Source of the DNA: Polyangiaceae bacterium
GTDB lineage: Bacteria > Myxococcota_A > Polyangia > Polyangiales > Polyangiaceae
Direction of reading: 5' to 3'
Length of the DNA: 64,000 nucleotides
NCBI GenBank assembly: GCA_965222375.1
Contig: CBDCTZ010000012.1
Span: forward strand, 448,001 to 512,000
Shown here in pieces: positions 10,150 to 19,897 of the stretch; positions within the stretch are counted from its first letter, which is position 1, and each line of letters opens with the position of its first letter. Below the pieces are notes generated by a model that saw only the letters and a program-made list of their open reading frames with translations, did not search any database and had not been told where the DNA came from. A program made the translations under genes and the position numbers.

Positions 10150-12693
10150 CTAGCGGATCCGCCCGGGCGCTGGCGGGCGGGCGGTTGCACCCTCTTCGGG
10201 CCAGGCGTGCTTGGGATATCGGCGCATGAGTGTCTTGCGCTGGCTCGGGTAGTGCCGCTGCCAGAAGCCTGCCAGATCCGATGTCACTTGGACGGCGCGC
10301 TTGTTGGGGGCGAGTAGATGGAGCGTTAGCGCCACGCGTCCATCCGCCACGGATGGGCCTTGCTTCATTCCAAAAAAGTCCTGGAGCCGAGAAGCGATGA
10401 AGGGAGGTTGACCCCGGACGTACTGGACCTCGAGGCTCCGACCCCCGGCCAGGGTGACGCGTTCCGGGGCGAAGCGCGTGAGCAGATCGAGGGTTTTGGC
10501 GGGCAAGCGTGCCAACGCCAGTTTGGCCAAGTCCAGCTCGCCGAGTTCCGCCAGGCTCACGCAGCCAGCGCAAGCAGCGTTGAGCACCTCGTCGCGTAGG
10601 CCGTCTTCGAGGGATGAGATGCCGTGTTCCGGCATGGCATCCCTCAGCAGTGCGAGTCGTGCCGTCAACCGCAGCCAGCTTGCCGCCGCCTCCGGGCGCG
10701 CGGCGAGCTGGCTGGCAGCGGCCGCGGCGAGCAGGCTGGAGGCTTCTTCTGAAGGCTCGGCCGGGGCGACGTGCTCGTCCAGAACGACTGACCCAACGTT
10801 CAAACGCGTAACGCGGACGACCCGCGCTGCCGCGTCGCTCCACTCCAACTCATCGTATTCCGTCAACAGCCCGTCATAACCGTCCAACAGCCACTCGGCC
10901 TCGACAGCGCTGGCGAGACGCAACGTCGATCGTCCTTGGCGGCCGCTTTCGTCTGCGTCAACCACTGCGACAAGCATGGCGTCTTTGACCACGCTCGATT
11001 CCGCGAGCACGGCGCCCTTTCCCGAGGCGAGGCTGAATTCCGCGCCGCCGTGTCGCTTGCGGCGGGCGAGGCGATCCGCAAAGCCCGCAAGAACCGAACG
11101 CATCAGCGCGGTTTCACGAGGCTCGTCTTCTTTGGGCTGACGGTTCTTGCAGAGGCGCCCGAGTCGCGTTTGTGCCCGATCGACCGCGCGCACACTGGCC
11201 GAGTCCAGTTCGAGCAGATTCAGGACTTGCCGCGAGAATCGGGCATCCCGGGCCTCTTCGAACAGGTCGACGAGTTCCAATACGTCCGAGGGGCCTCGGC
11301 GCACGTCGGCGCTGCCCTGTTGGCCAAATCGCGTGCGCGCCCGTCGGCGGATGTCCCGTTCCGACAGCAGCGCGGCGGCCAGCGCAGCTTGCTCGGCTAC
11401 GCCCCGGTCTTCCCCTTCCACGACCAGGCGCGCCAGCCGTGGATGCAAGGGATAACGCAGCATGCGGCGCCCTAGCGAAGTCAACTGGCCGGCCGCATCC
11501 GTGGCAGACAAGGCACGCAGCAAGCGTTCGGCAGCTTCCTCGGCGGCCGAGGCAGGGGGAGTGAGCCAACGCAGCTCGGATGTGTCCTCCACTCCGTGCC
11601 CAAGCAGCATCAAGCGCAGGTCCGCAAGATCGGCTCGCGAGATTTCTGGGGCGTCGAAGGCTGGGCGTCGCTCGAAACTCCCCCGGCTGTACAGGCGTCG
11701 TACCTGCCCGGGGGCGACTCGGCCGGCCCGGCCCGCCCGTTGGTCCGCCGAGGCCCTGGAGATTTCCACCGTTTGCAGCCGAGACAAGCCCGACCAAGGG
11801 CTGACCTTTGCCACGCGCGCAAGACCAGAATCGATCACTGCGGTGACGCCTGGCACGGTGACGGAAGACTCCGCAACGTTGGTTGCGACTACGACTTTGC
11901 GCTTTGGGCTGGGAGCCAGGGCGCGGACCTGTTCGTCGAGAGGCAGATCGCCATGCAGGGCGAGGACCGAAAAATCCGCCTGCTGCGCCAAACTCGCGAG
12001 CGCGTCGCTGCTGGCTCGGATCTCTCGGGCGCCGGGTACGAACACCAAGACGTCTCCTTCGGTGGGTTGGAGCATCAGAGCCCGAACCGCACTGGCGATC
12101 TGCTTCTCGAGAGGCCGGTCGTCGATCTTGTCGATGTATTCGAGACTGAGTGGATAGCTACGACCCGCCGCGCTCAGGCAAGGGCAGTCCAAGAATGCGC
12201 CTACCTGCTCGGCGTCGAGGGTCGCGCTCATCACCAGCACGATGAGGTCCTTACGCGCTCCCTTCCGAAGTCGGTCCGCCAGGGCTAGTGCCAGATCCGT
12301 ATTCAGGCTCCGTTCGTGGAACTCGTCCAGTATCAGCACGGAGACGCCATCCAACTTGGGGCTGTCGAGCAGCTTGCGGACCAGGACGCCTTCGGTCACG
12401 TAGCGCAGTCGAGTCTTTGGGCCGGTAACGTCTTCGAATCGAACGCTGTATCCCACGGCGTCGCCAACGCGCTCGCCTCGCTCGTTAGCAACCCGGCGCG
12501 CAGCTAGGCGCGCAGCCAAGCGTCGCGGTTCACTGACCCAGATCTCCCCCGGGAAGTGTGGCAGGAGCGCCTCAGGCACCCGAGTCGTCTTGCCCGCGCC
12601 GGATTCGGCGGACAGTACCAAGGCGCGCTGTTTGTCGAGTGCGTTGACGATTGCGCCCAGGTGCTCGTCGATGGGTAGTGCCGTGCGGGCCAC
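10150..12693 (-). CDS. hrpB: ATP-dependent RNA helicase HrpB
   Basis: GAGKTT, EPRRLAAR, DEFHERS, MSATL, ATNVAESSVTVPGV, QRAGRAGR, C-terminal LAPNKRAVQVTSDLAGFW...YPKHAWP. Confidence 0.95.
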   Translation of the reverse strand: MARTALPIDEHLGAIVNALDKQRALVLSAESGAGKTTRVPEALLPHFPGEIWVSEPRRLAARLAARRVANERGERVGDAVGYSVRFEDVTGPKTRLRYVTEGVLVRKLLDSPKLDGVSVLILDEFHERSLNTDLALALADRLRKGARKDLIVLVMSATLDAEQVGAFLDCPCLSAAGRSYPLSLEYIDKIDDRPLEKQIASAVRALMLQPTEGDVLVFVPGAREIRASSDALASLAQQADFSVLALHGDLPLDEQVRALAPSPKRKVVVATNVAESSVTVPGVTAVIDSGLARVAKVSPWSGLSRLQTVEISRASADQRAGRAGRVAPGQVRRLYSRGSFERRPAFDAPEISRADLADLRLMLLGHGVEDTSELRWLTPPASAAEEAAERLLRALSATDAAGQLTSLGRRMLRYPLHPRLARLVVEGEDRGVAEQAALAAALLSERDIRRRARTRFGQQGSADVRRGPSDVLELVDLFEEARDARFSRQVLNLLELDSASVRAVDRAQTRLGRLCKNRQPKEDEPRETALMRSVLAGFADRLARRKRHGGAEFSLASGKGAVLAESSVVKDAMLVAVVDADESGRQGRSTLRLASAVEAEWLLDGYDGLLTEYDELEWSDAAARVVRVTRLNVGSVVLDEHVAPAEPSEEASSLLAAAAASQLAARPEAAASWLRLTARLALLRDAMPEHGISSLEDGLRDEVLNAACAGCVSLAELGELDLAKLALARLPAKTLDLLTRFAPERVTLAGGRSLEVQYVRGQPPFIASRLQDFFGMKQGPSVADGRVALTLHLLAPNKRAVQVTSDLAGFWQRHYPSQRKTLMRRYPKHAWPEEGATARPPAPGRIR

Positions 12694-12775
12694 GCGACTG
12701 GCTTAGCAGTCCCGCGGCCCCGTGTGCTCGGCTTTTGATCCAGGCGTTGCCGGGGCAGCGCGTTATGCTCCCTGG

Positions 12776-13432
12776 GTGGCGCAGCGCATTGCCCTCTTCG
12801 ACATGGATCGCACTCTCGTGCGTGTCGACACCGCCACGCTCTACGTGCGTTATCAGCGCAAGCTGGGCGAAATCAAGACGCGGGATTCGCTGCGCATCGC
12901 TTGGTGGCTGCTCCGCTACACCTTTGGACTATTGGATCCTGCCACCGTGGCGGAGAAGGCTCTGCGCGGCTACCGCGGAAAGCGCGAGAGCTGGATGGTC
13001 GATCGCTGCGACCGCTGGTTCGACGAATACGTTGTCCCCCATGTCGCCGCAGCGGGGCGGCGTGCGGTGCAAGAGCACACGGAGCGTGGAGACGTGGTGG
13101 CCATCGTGACCGGAGCCACGCCCTACGCGGCACGACCCCTTGCGCGGCTCTTGGGTATCGAACACGTCGTCTGCACCGAGTTGGAAGTGGACGAGGCGGG
13201 CCGCTTCACGGGGCAGGTGCGGGCGCCCATGTGTTTCGGCGTCGGAAAACGCACCCGCGCACAACGATTCGCTGACGACCTCGGCACTAGCTTGGATGAC
13301 GCGATCTTCTACACCGATAGCATCACTGACCTACCCCTACTGGAACACGTGAAAGAGCGCGTGGCGGTCAATCCCGACCCGCGCCTGCGTCGTTTGGCGT
13401 CCCGACGCGGCTGGCGGATTGAGCGTTGGTAG
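12776..13432 (+). CDS. HAD-IB family hydrolase (SerB/PSP-like)
   Basis: ALFDMDRTL motif I, IVTGA, K in GVGK, FYTDSITDLPLL, VAVNPDPRL. Confidence 0.9.
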   Translation: MAQRIALFDMDRTLVRVDTATLYVRYQRKLGEIKTRDSLRIAWWLLRYTFGLLDPATVAEKALRGYRGKRESWMVDRCDRWFDEYVVPHVAAAGRRAVQEHTERGDVVAIVTGATPYAARPLARLLGIEHVVCTELEVDEAGRFTGQVRAPMCFGVGKRTRAQRFADDLGTSLDDAIFYTDSITDLPLLEHVKERVAVNPDPRLRRLASRRGWRIERW

Positions 13433-13438
13433 CGAGCG

Positions 13439-14158
13439 TCAGCCCTTGACGCGGATCGCCCAAGTCAGTTTGGCGACACTCTTGAGCACGTTGGGGACGC
13501 GCTTGAACAGATTGATTGACGGAGGCCGCTTCTCGATGACCCGCACGGGGATTTCGAGGACTCGCAGCTTGGCGCGATAGGCCCGGATCACGAACTCGCT
13601 GGCGAAGACGTCCTTGTCCACCAGGCAGGAGCGCACGATGTCCAGCAGGGACTCACGGCGGAAGGCCTTGAGGCCGTGGGTATCTGTTCCGCGAAAGCCC
13701 AGCAGCTGTCGCAGCAGCCCCGTGTAGACGATGCTGGCGGCGTGACGCAGGAAGGGGCGCTCGTCTTCGGCACCGCCGATCAGCTTCGAGCCGATCACCA
13801 TGTCGGCCTCCCGAGCGTCGAGGATTTCGACGGCTCGCTGATGGAAATCCGTGTCGCAGAGGTCGATCTCCTCACACAGCACAATCTCACCCTTGGCCGA
13901 AAGAATGCCCTGCTTGAGCGCCATGCCGTAGTTCGGCTCACCCGCGGAGAGCATGCGCACCTGTTCGTACTTCTCCGCGAGCTCCTCGGCGATCTCGATG
14001 GTTCGGTCCTTCGAGCCGTTTTCGGCGATGATGACCTCGTACGCCCATCCGAAGGGGCTGAGGCGTTCGCGCAGGTCGACGATGGCTGCGTGCAAGATCG
14101 CTTCCTCGTTGTAGACGGGGATGACGATGGAAATGCGGGGGGCCGCTGCGTCGTTCAT
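13439..14158 (-). CDS. GT2 glycosyltransferase, DPM1/polyprenyl-phosphate glycosyltransferase-like
   Basis: [50 protein letters not shown]. Confidence 0.85.
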   Translation of the reverse strand: MNDAAAPRISIVIPVYNEEAILHAAIVDLRERLSPFGWAYEVIIAENGSKDRTIEIAEELAEKYEQVRMLSAGEPNYGMALKQGILSAKGEIVLCEEIDLCDTDFHQRAVEILDAREADMVIGSKLIGGAEDERPFLRHAASIVYTGLLRQLLGFRGTDTHGLKAFRRESLLDIVRSCLVDKDVFASEFVIRAYRAKLRVLEIPVRVIEKRPPSINLFKRVPNVLKSVAKLTWAIRVKG

Positions 14159-15468
14159 TGGATGAGCTCCCGCGCACGCTTTGCTGCGTCGCGACCAAAG
14201 ATCAAGGCGTCTTCCATGGATGAGTAGTTCCAGCCGCCGTAGCGGCCCGAGGAGATCACCCGTTCCTCTTCGAGGAAGCGAAATACGGTTTCCGTCGCCG
14301 AGAAGTAGTTGTGATCGAAGATGACGTAGGCGTGGTCGATCTTACGCACCCGGGCGAAGGCGATGTCGTCCGGGCGCTCGATAATCCCCATCTCGATCAG
14401 CCCCTCGGCCACCTCCGGCAGCAGGGCTTCGAGGTCAGGCGCTTCCCGAGACGTGAGCTCGACGTACAGACAGTCTTTGCCGGGTGGCGCCATCTCCGGC
14501 GAGAAATGCGAATAGCAACCCACCCGATAGAAGGCGTACTTCTCTTCGGGCACGTAGATCCAGTGAACGTCCTTCCCGCAGGGCCTCGAAAGCGCGACGT
14601 CTAGATAGTACAGGTGCGTGCAGCGTAGCTTGCCGGCTGCAGCTTCGACTTCATCGGGCAGGTCGGCAATCAGCGACATCAAGACCGACAATGGTGCGGT
14701 CGAAATCAACGTGTCGAAGCGCAAGTGCATGTCGTCGAACTCGACGGTGCGCGCGTTCAGATCGATACGGCTCGGCGCGCGACCGTATTCCACTTTGCCG
14801 TGGGCCTGCGCCATGGCCTTGGGGAGCTCGCCGATCCCTTTGCGGGGATAGGTGAAGTGCGTGTTGTAACCGAGTTCGCGATCGTTCTTCCCGACCGCTC
14901 CGGCCAGGACGTCTTCGAGCTTGGGCAGGGGCACGAAGCGCTGACACCAGTCGCTAGTGATCTCCTTGGGATGCACGCCCCACAGGCGAGCGTTGTAGGG
15001 GATCATGAAGTGGCGGCTGATTCCCTCGCCGAAGTGGGTCAGGCAGAACTCCTCGAAGTTGGTCGGCTGCGGTTTGTTCGGGTTGAAGTGGGCCTGCACG
15101 AAGCCGAGGACGCATTCGTAAGCAACGTCTGCGGGCAGTCCAAAGGTGTTGGCCTGAAACGGGTAGCGCGTGTACGCACCGTTGGACCAGATCACGCTGC
15201 GACGCTGTACTTCCACGATGTCGCCGCCCAGCCAGCCCAGAGCAAGCTCGCGCATCTCTGGATCGCGCAGATGCAGCAGGTGCCCGGTGCGGTCGAATCG
15301 ATAGCCGGAATCTTCCAGGGTAATCGCGTGCCCACCCGGGTGCTGAAGTTTCTCGAGCAGGCGGTGCTCGACCTTGGCCTCGGCCAAATGCAGGCCCGCA
15401 CTCAAGCCGGTCAATCCGGCCCCGAGCACGACGACTGGGCTATGTTCCGACCGGACCGGCTGGGCCAT
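14155..15468 (-). CDS. FAD-dependent oxidoreductase, eukaryotic-type UDP-galactopyranose mutase / HemY-like family
   Basis: [11 protein letters not shown]ossmann motif, [44 protein letters not shown]; 4-nt overlap with the GT2 gene. Confidence 0.75.
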   Translation of the reverse strand: MAQPVRSEHSPVVVLGAGLTGLSAGLHLAEAKVEHRLLEKLQHPGGHAITLEDSGYRFDRTGHLLHLRDPEMRELALGWLGGDIVEVQRRSVIWSNGAYTRYPFQANTFGLPADVAYECVLGFVQAHFNPNKPQPTNFEEFCLTHFGEGISRHFMIPYNARLWGVHPKEITSDWCQRFVPLPKLEDVLAGAVGKNDRELGYNTHFTYPRKGIGELPKAMAQAHGKVEYGRAPSRIDLNARTVEFDDMHLRFDTLISTAPLSVLMSLIADLPDEVEAAAGKLRCTHLYYLDVALSRPCGKDVHWIYVPEEKYAFYRVGCYSHFSPEMAPPGKDCLYVELTSREAPDLEALLPEVAEGLIEMGIIERPDDIAFARVRKIDHAYVIFDHNYFSATETVFRFLEEERVISSGRYGGWNYSSMEDALIFGRDAAKRARELIQ

Positions 15469-15515
15469 GAGACGTGCGGAAGCTAGGGAAAGCGTGGGGG
15501 AAAGTCAAAGTTGGC

Positions 15516-18233
15516 TCAGTGCGCTTCATTCCAGCTGGGTCCGTTGCCCACATCGACCACCAAAGGCACCTTGAGCTCCCACACGTTCTCCATCGCTTCC
15601 CGGACTTTTTCCCGGGCCGCGGCCACCTCCGCGTCGGGTACCTCGAACACCAGTTCGTCATGCACCGTCAGTACCATGTGGGCGCCTGGGGTCACTGGCT
15701 TCGCCAGGGCGACCATGGCCAATTTGAGCAGGTCCGCAGCCGTGCCCTGGATCGGAGCGTTCATGGCGATGCGCTCGGCCGCCAGTCGCCGCGCCCGGTT
15801 GCCGCTGCGCACGTCCGGGACCAAGCGCCTTCTACCCAGCAGGGTCTGCACCGAGTCACTCTGGCGTGCGTTGGCGAGGGTGCGATCCATGAACGCCCGT
15901 ACGCCCTCGTAGCGTGCGAAGTAAGTCTCGATGAACGCAGCGGCTTCCGAGCGAGGGATCCCCAGGCTCTTGGCGAGTCCGCTCTCCCCTTGGCCGTAGA
16001 TCACGCCGAAGTTGACGGCCTTGGCACGGCGACGATGTTCCGCGCTAACGTCGTCCCCACTGACGCCAAAGATCTCCATGGCGGTGCGGGTGTGGATGTC
16101 TTGCCCGCTTCGGAAGGCGTCCAAGAGTACCGGGTCGTCAGACAGGTGCGCTAACACGCGTAGTTCGATTTGGGAGTAGTCGGCGCTCAGGATGGCAGCG
16201 CCGGGCGGTGCGACGAATGCGCCTCGGATCTCTCTTCCCAGCTCCGAGCGAATCGGTATGTTTTGCAGATTCGGATCCATCGAGGACAGTCGCCCGGTGG
16301 CGGCGACTGCCTGTTCCCAGGAACTGTGGATGCGCCCCGTGTTGGGATTGACCAAAGCTGGAAGGGCGTCGATGTAGGTACCCTTCAACTTGGCGATTTG
16401 CCGGATTTCCAGGATCAGTGCGGGCAGGGGGTGCTCCCCGGCCAGCGCCTCGAGGGTGGCGGCATCGGTGGAGCGCGAGGTTTTGGTGCGCTTGATGGGT
16501 TTCAGTCCTAGTTCGTCGAAGAGAATGCCCTCGAGTTGGCGCGGCGAGTTGACGTTGAATGCCTTGCCAGCGGCCTCATGGGCTTTGGTTTCGAGGTCCT
16601 GCAATTCCTTTTCGCAGCGTGTGCCCAGCCGCTGCAGGCGCTCGGTGTCGACCAGTACCCCTCGACGCTCCATGCGGGCCAAGACCCGGGAAAGGGGGCG
16701 CTCCACGGTTTCGTAGAGTTCGGTCAACGACAGTTCGCTCAGGCGCCGCGCGTATCGCTCGCTGAGGCGTCCAACCGCGTCCGCTCGAGCGGCGCAGTAT
16801 TGGGTAGCGTCCTGGGTGGAGACTTCGTCGAAGCTCAGGTGGCGTCCCCGGGCGGGTTTGGTCAACTGCTCCCGCGGTTCGAGATCGAGGCGTGCTTCGG
16901 CTTTGGCGAGGGGCTCGATGCGATGTTGAGTCTCCGGGTCGATCAGGTAGTGGGCGATCTCCGTGTCGAAGTCACCGCCCTCGAGTGCCATGCCATGCCA
17001 GGCGAAGAGCACCTCCGCCTGCTTCTGCCCGTGGCATTGCTTGCTGATCTTGGAATCCGACAAGACCGGGCCGAGGACGCGTTGAACCGTGGCCAAGGGA
17101 ATGGGGCGTGGGCCCTCCAGACTGCGGTGGCCAATGGGGACATAGCGAGCGACGCCGGGCGTCAGGGACACCGCGATTCCCGCGAGCCCCTCCCAGGGTT
17201 TGGCCGGGTCGACGGCCTCGGGCCAGAGGGCCACCTGGCTCGCGTCTTTGGCTGCGTTCGCGAGCTTTTCCAGGTCTGCTTCGGATGTGATCGTGGCGTA
17301 GTCCGTCTTCAGAACCTTCGGCGGCGCTGCGTTTGCCTCGGAAGTTCGCGGCTTTGCCTGTTCGAGCTCCCCGAGTTGGCGGCGAAAACCCAAGGTCGAG
17401 TAGAGCTCTCGCAGCTCTTCCACATCCCGGCCACCCCAGCGCAAGGCATCCAACTCGAAGGGCAGGGGACAGTCGTTCTTGAGGGTCACGAGCTTTTGGC
17501 TCAGCAACGCTTGCTCTTGATGCTCTTGGAGATTCGCTTTCAGTTTCTTCTTCGTGATCTGATCCACATGCTCGTAGACGCCTTCCAGGGTTTCGTACTC
17601 GTTGAGCAGGTCGCGGGCTGTCTTGGGTCCGACGTGGGGCACGCCGGGGATGTTGTCCGAACTATCGCCCATGAGAGCCAGCAGGTCCCGAAGTTGGTTC
17701 ACCCGGACGCCGTAGCGCTCCTCCACCTCCGGGACGCCGAACACTCGGTCGCGCATGGTGTCCCACAGCACGACTTTGTCTGACACCAGCTGCATCAGGT
17801 CCTTGTCGGCACCGACAACGACGACGTTCAGGCCCTGCTCCTCGGCTTGCTTGACGACGGTGGCAATCAGGTCGTCAGCTTCCACCCCAGGCTGCTTGAA
17901 CGTCGGAATGCCGAATGCCTGCACAATCTCCTCGCAGCGCGCGAATTGCACCTTGAGGTCATCCGGTGCCGGGGGGCGGTTGGCCTTGTAGTCTTGGTAG
18001 ATCTGCTTGCGGAACGTGTCGCGGCCGGCGTCCATGGCGATGGCGACGAAGGTTGGTCGGCGCTCCCGCACGAGTCGTTCCAGCATCGTCATCGTGCCGT
18101 AGGTTGCGTGGGTCGGCTCTCCGGTTGGGCTCGTGAGCGGCGTGATGGCGTGGTACGCGCGCAGCACGTAGCTGGACAGGTCGACCACGTACAGCGTGTT
18201 GGGGTCACCTACGGGCGGAAGCGCGCTCGGCAT
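15516..18233 (-). CDS. polA: DNA polymerase I
   Basis: 5'-3' exonuclease (YKANR, EADD, DKDLMQL, GDSSDNIPGV); polymerase motifs TGRLSS, DYSQIELR, RRRAKAVNFGVIYG, VHDELVFE. Confidence 0.98.
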   Translation of the reverse strand: MPSALPPVGDPNTLYVVDLSSYVLRAYHAITPLTSPTGEPTHATYGTMTMLERLVRERRPTFVAIAMDAGRDTFRKQIYQDYKANRPPAPDDLKVQFARCEEIVQAFGIPTFKQPGVEADDLIATVVKQAEEQGLNVVVVGADKDLMQLVSDKVVLWDTMRDRVFGVPEVEERYGVRVNQLRDLLALMGDSSDNIPGVPHVGPKTARDLLNEYETLEGVYEHVDQITKKKLKANLQEHQEQALLSQKLVTLKNDCPLPFELDALRWGGRDVEELRELYSTLGFRRQLGELEQAKPRTSEANAAPPKVLKTDYATITSEADLEKLANAAKDASQVALWPEAVDPAKPWEGLAGIAVSLTPGVARYVPIGHRSLEGPRPIPLATVQRVLGPVLSDSKISKQCHGQKQAEVLFAWHGMALEGGDFDTEIAHYLIDPETQHRIEPLAKAEARLDLEPREQLTKPARGRHLSFDEVSTQDATQYCAARADAVGRLSERYARRLSELSLTELYETVERPLSRVLARMERRGVLVDTERLQRLGTRCEKELQDLETKAHEAAGKAFNVNSPRQLEGILFDELGLKPIKRTKTSRSTDAATLEALAGEHPLPALILEIRQIAKLKGTYIDALPALVNPNTGRIHSSWEQAVAATGRLSSMDPNLQNIPIRSELGREIRGAFVAPPGAAILSADYSQIELRVLAHLSDDPVLLDAFRSGQDIHTRTAMEIFGVSGDDVSAEHRRRAKAVNFGVIYGQGESGLAKSLGIPRSEAAAFIETYFARYEGVRAFMDRTLANARQSDSVQTLLGRRRLVPDVRSGNRARRLAAERIAMNAPIQGTAADLLKLAMVALAKPVTPGAHMVLTVHDELVFEVPDAEVAAAREKVREAMENVWELKVPLVVDVGNGPSWNEAH

Positions 18234-18377
18234 CCCGACTGCCTACCAGAGCTTTGGCGCGCAAAGGAGTCCGGGGGGGCGCCTAACCGCGGGTTGTCGC
18301 AGAAAAGGCCCCGACTTTCCTTGAATTTCGCCGAGTGCTCGCCCAAGCGTGGTCGGGGCAGTATCCTACGCAATCGT

Positions 18378-19826
18378 ATGGCGGATCCTGAGCACGTGAA
18401 CGAGGTCGTTGCGGGCAAGTACCGCGTGACCCGCCTGCTTGGTCAAGGTGGCATGGGGTCCGTCTGGGAGGGAGTGCACGCCAGCCTCGGTACCAGAGTC
18501 GCGATCAAGTTCATCGACAAGGAGCACGCAGACAGCGATGAGGCGCGGAGCCGTTTCGTCAACGAGGCCCGGGCGGCGGCACGGCTTCAGACCAAACATG
18601 TCGTTAACGTGTACGACCAGGGTGTGACCGAGGATGGTCGTCCGTACATCGTGATGGAGTTCTTGGTGGGCGAGCCCTTGGATCAGCGACTGTCCCGAGT
18701 AGGCAAGCTCGCACCCGACGCAACGGCGGTCATCTTGCTCCAGGTTTGCCGCGCGCTGACCAAGGCGCATGCGGCCGGCATCGTGCACCGGGATCTCAAA
18801 CCCGAAAACGTGTTTCTGGTATTCGACGAGGAAGACAGCACGGAGATTGCCAAGGTCGTGGACTTCGGTATCGCGAAATTCACTGACGCCAGCATGGGCG
18901 TGTCTTCCTCGACCCGCACCGGCTCCGTGCTGGGGACCCCGTACTACATGAGCCCGGAGCAGGCCCGGGGCCTGCGTACCGTGGATACGCGTTCGGACTT
19001 GTGGTCTTTGGGGGTGATTGGCTTCCTGTGCATGGTCGGTCGGCTGCCGTTCACCGGCGAGGCGGTAGGCGACTTGCTGGTCAAGATTTGCACGGCACCC
19101 GTTCCGGTTCCCTCGCAGCTCAACCCCGAGCTCACGCCGGAGATCGACGCGTGGTTTGCCAAAGCACTGGCGCGAGAGCCGGACGAGCGGTTTCAGGACG
19201 CGAAGGACCTTGCGGCGTCTCTCGGGGAAGCCGTCGGGATCGCACCACGGTCGAAAATGGGGTCGACGCTTCAGGAGCTCCCTTCGGGGCCCATGAATGC
19301 GTCGCCGCCTCCAGCGTCCACGGAACTCTCGGGATCGGCGCTTGGGGTGCGGGAGACGCAGACCGTCAAAGCCTTTACCCAGAGTGCTTCGGCGGTACCG
19401 AAGAAAGGGGTGTCAGGCGCCGTGTTGGCCATCGGTGCTGTGGTCGCGTTGGTCACGCTTGGCGTCGTCGGTGTGGTGGCGGCTCGTGCGTTGATCAGTC
19501 CCACCGCCGCCGCCTCAGTCAGTTCCGAAGTCGCTCCTGCAGCCGATCCGCCAGCTTCGGTCCCAGCGGCGATCGATGTGCCGCCAGATGTCCCTGAGAC
19601 TGCAACGCCGCTGGTGAGTGCTGCGCCCGATCCGCTCGCGAGTGCGGAGCCCATGCCGGCGGCCAAGCCCGCTCCGATGCCCAGACCTCGACCAGCCAGC
19701 AAACCCGCGCGCAAACCGGCATCCAAGCCGACTAGCAAACCCGCCGCAAAACCGGCCAGCAAACCCACTCCCGGGACCAAACCGGCTCCGAAACCCGGTT
19801 CCAAACCTATCGACATCGGCTACTGA
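18378..19826 (+). CDS. Membrane Ser/Thr protein kinase (Hanks type) with Pro/Lys-rich extracytoplasmic tail
   Basis: GQGGMGSV, VAIK, HRDLKPEN, DFGIAK, GTPYYMSPEQ, DLWSLG; TM VLAIGAVVALVTLGVVGVVAA; ATG 18378. Confidence 0.95.
   Translation: MADPEHVNEVVAGKYRVTRLLGQGGMGSVWEGVHASLGTRVAIKFIDKEHADSDEARSRFVNEARAAARLQTKHVVNVYDQGVTEDGRPYIVMEFLVGEPLDQRLSRVGKLAPDATAVILLQVCRALTKAHAAGIVHRDLKPENVFLVFDEEDSTEIAKVVDFGIAKFTDASMGVSSSTRTGSVLGTPYYMSPEQARGLRTVDTRSDLWSLGVIGFLCMVGRLPFTGEAVGDLLVKICTAPVPVPSQLNPELTPEIDAWFAKALAREPDERFQDAKDLAASLGEAVGIAPRSKMGSTLQELPSGPMNASPPPASTELSGSALGVRETQTVKAFTQSASAVPKKGVSGAVLAIGAVVALVTLGVVGVVAARALISPTAAASVSSEVAPAADPPASVPAAIDVPPDVPETATPLVSAAPDPLASAEPMPAAKPAPMPRPRPASKPARKPASKPTSKPAAKPASKPTPGTKPAPKPGSKPIDIGY
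19692..19809 (+). repeat. Coding tetrapeptide repeat KP(A/T)x in the kinase tail
   Basis: PASKPARKPASKPTSKPAAKPASKPTPGTKPAPKPGSKP; imperfect 12-nt period. Confidence 0.8.
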
Positions 19827-19897
19827 GTGTGCCGCATCCTCTGACCGGCGTCACACGGAGCTTGACCAATGCCGGGAACAGAACGTACGGCTGACAC

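Noticed and set aside
14155..15468. Assignment as hemY
   Set aside because: Motifs and glycosyltransferase coupling fit a sugar-nucleotide mutase-like family better; no heme genes nearby
16536..18377. Long plus-strand ORFs over polA and the N-terminal extension of the kinase ORF from 17847
   Set aside because: Antisense shadows of polA; kinase homology begins at ATG 18378
19692..19809. 12-nt periodic repeats as a CRISPR or VNTR element
   Set aside because: Imperfect, in-frame coding repeats with no spacers and no cas genes
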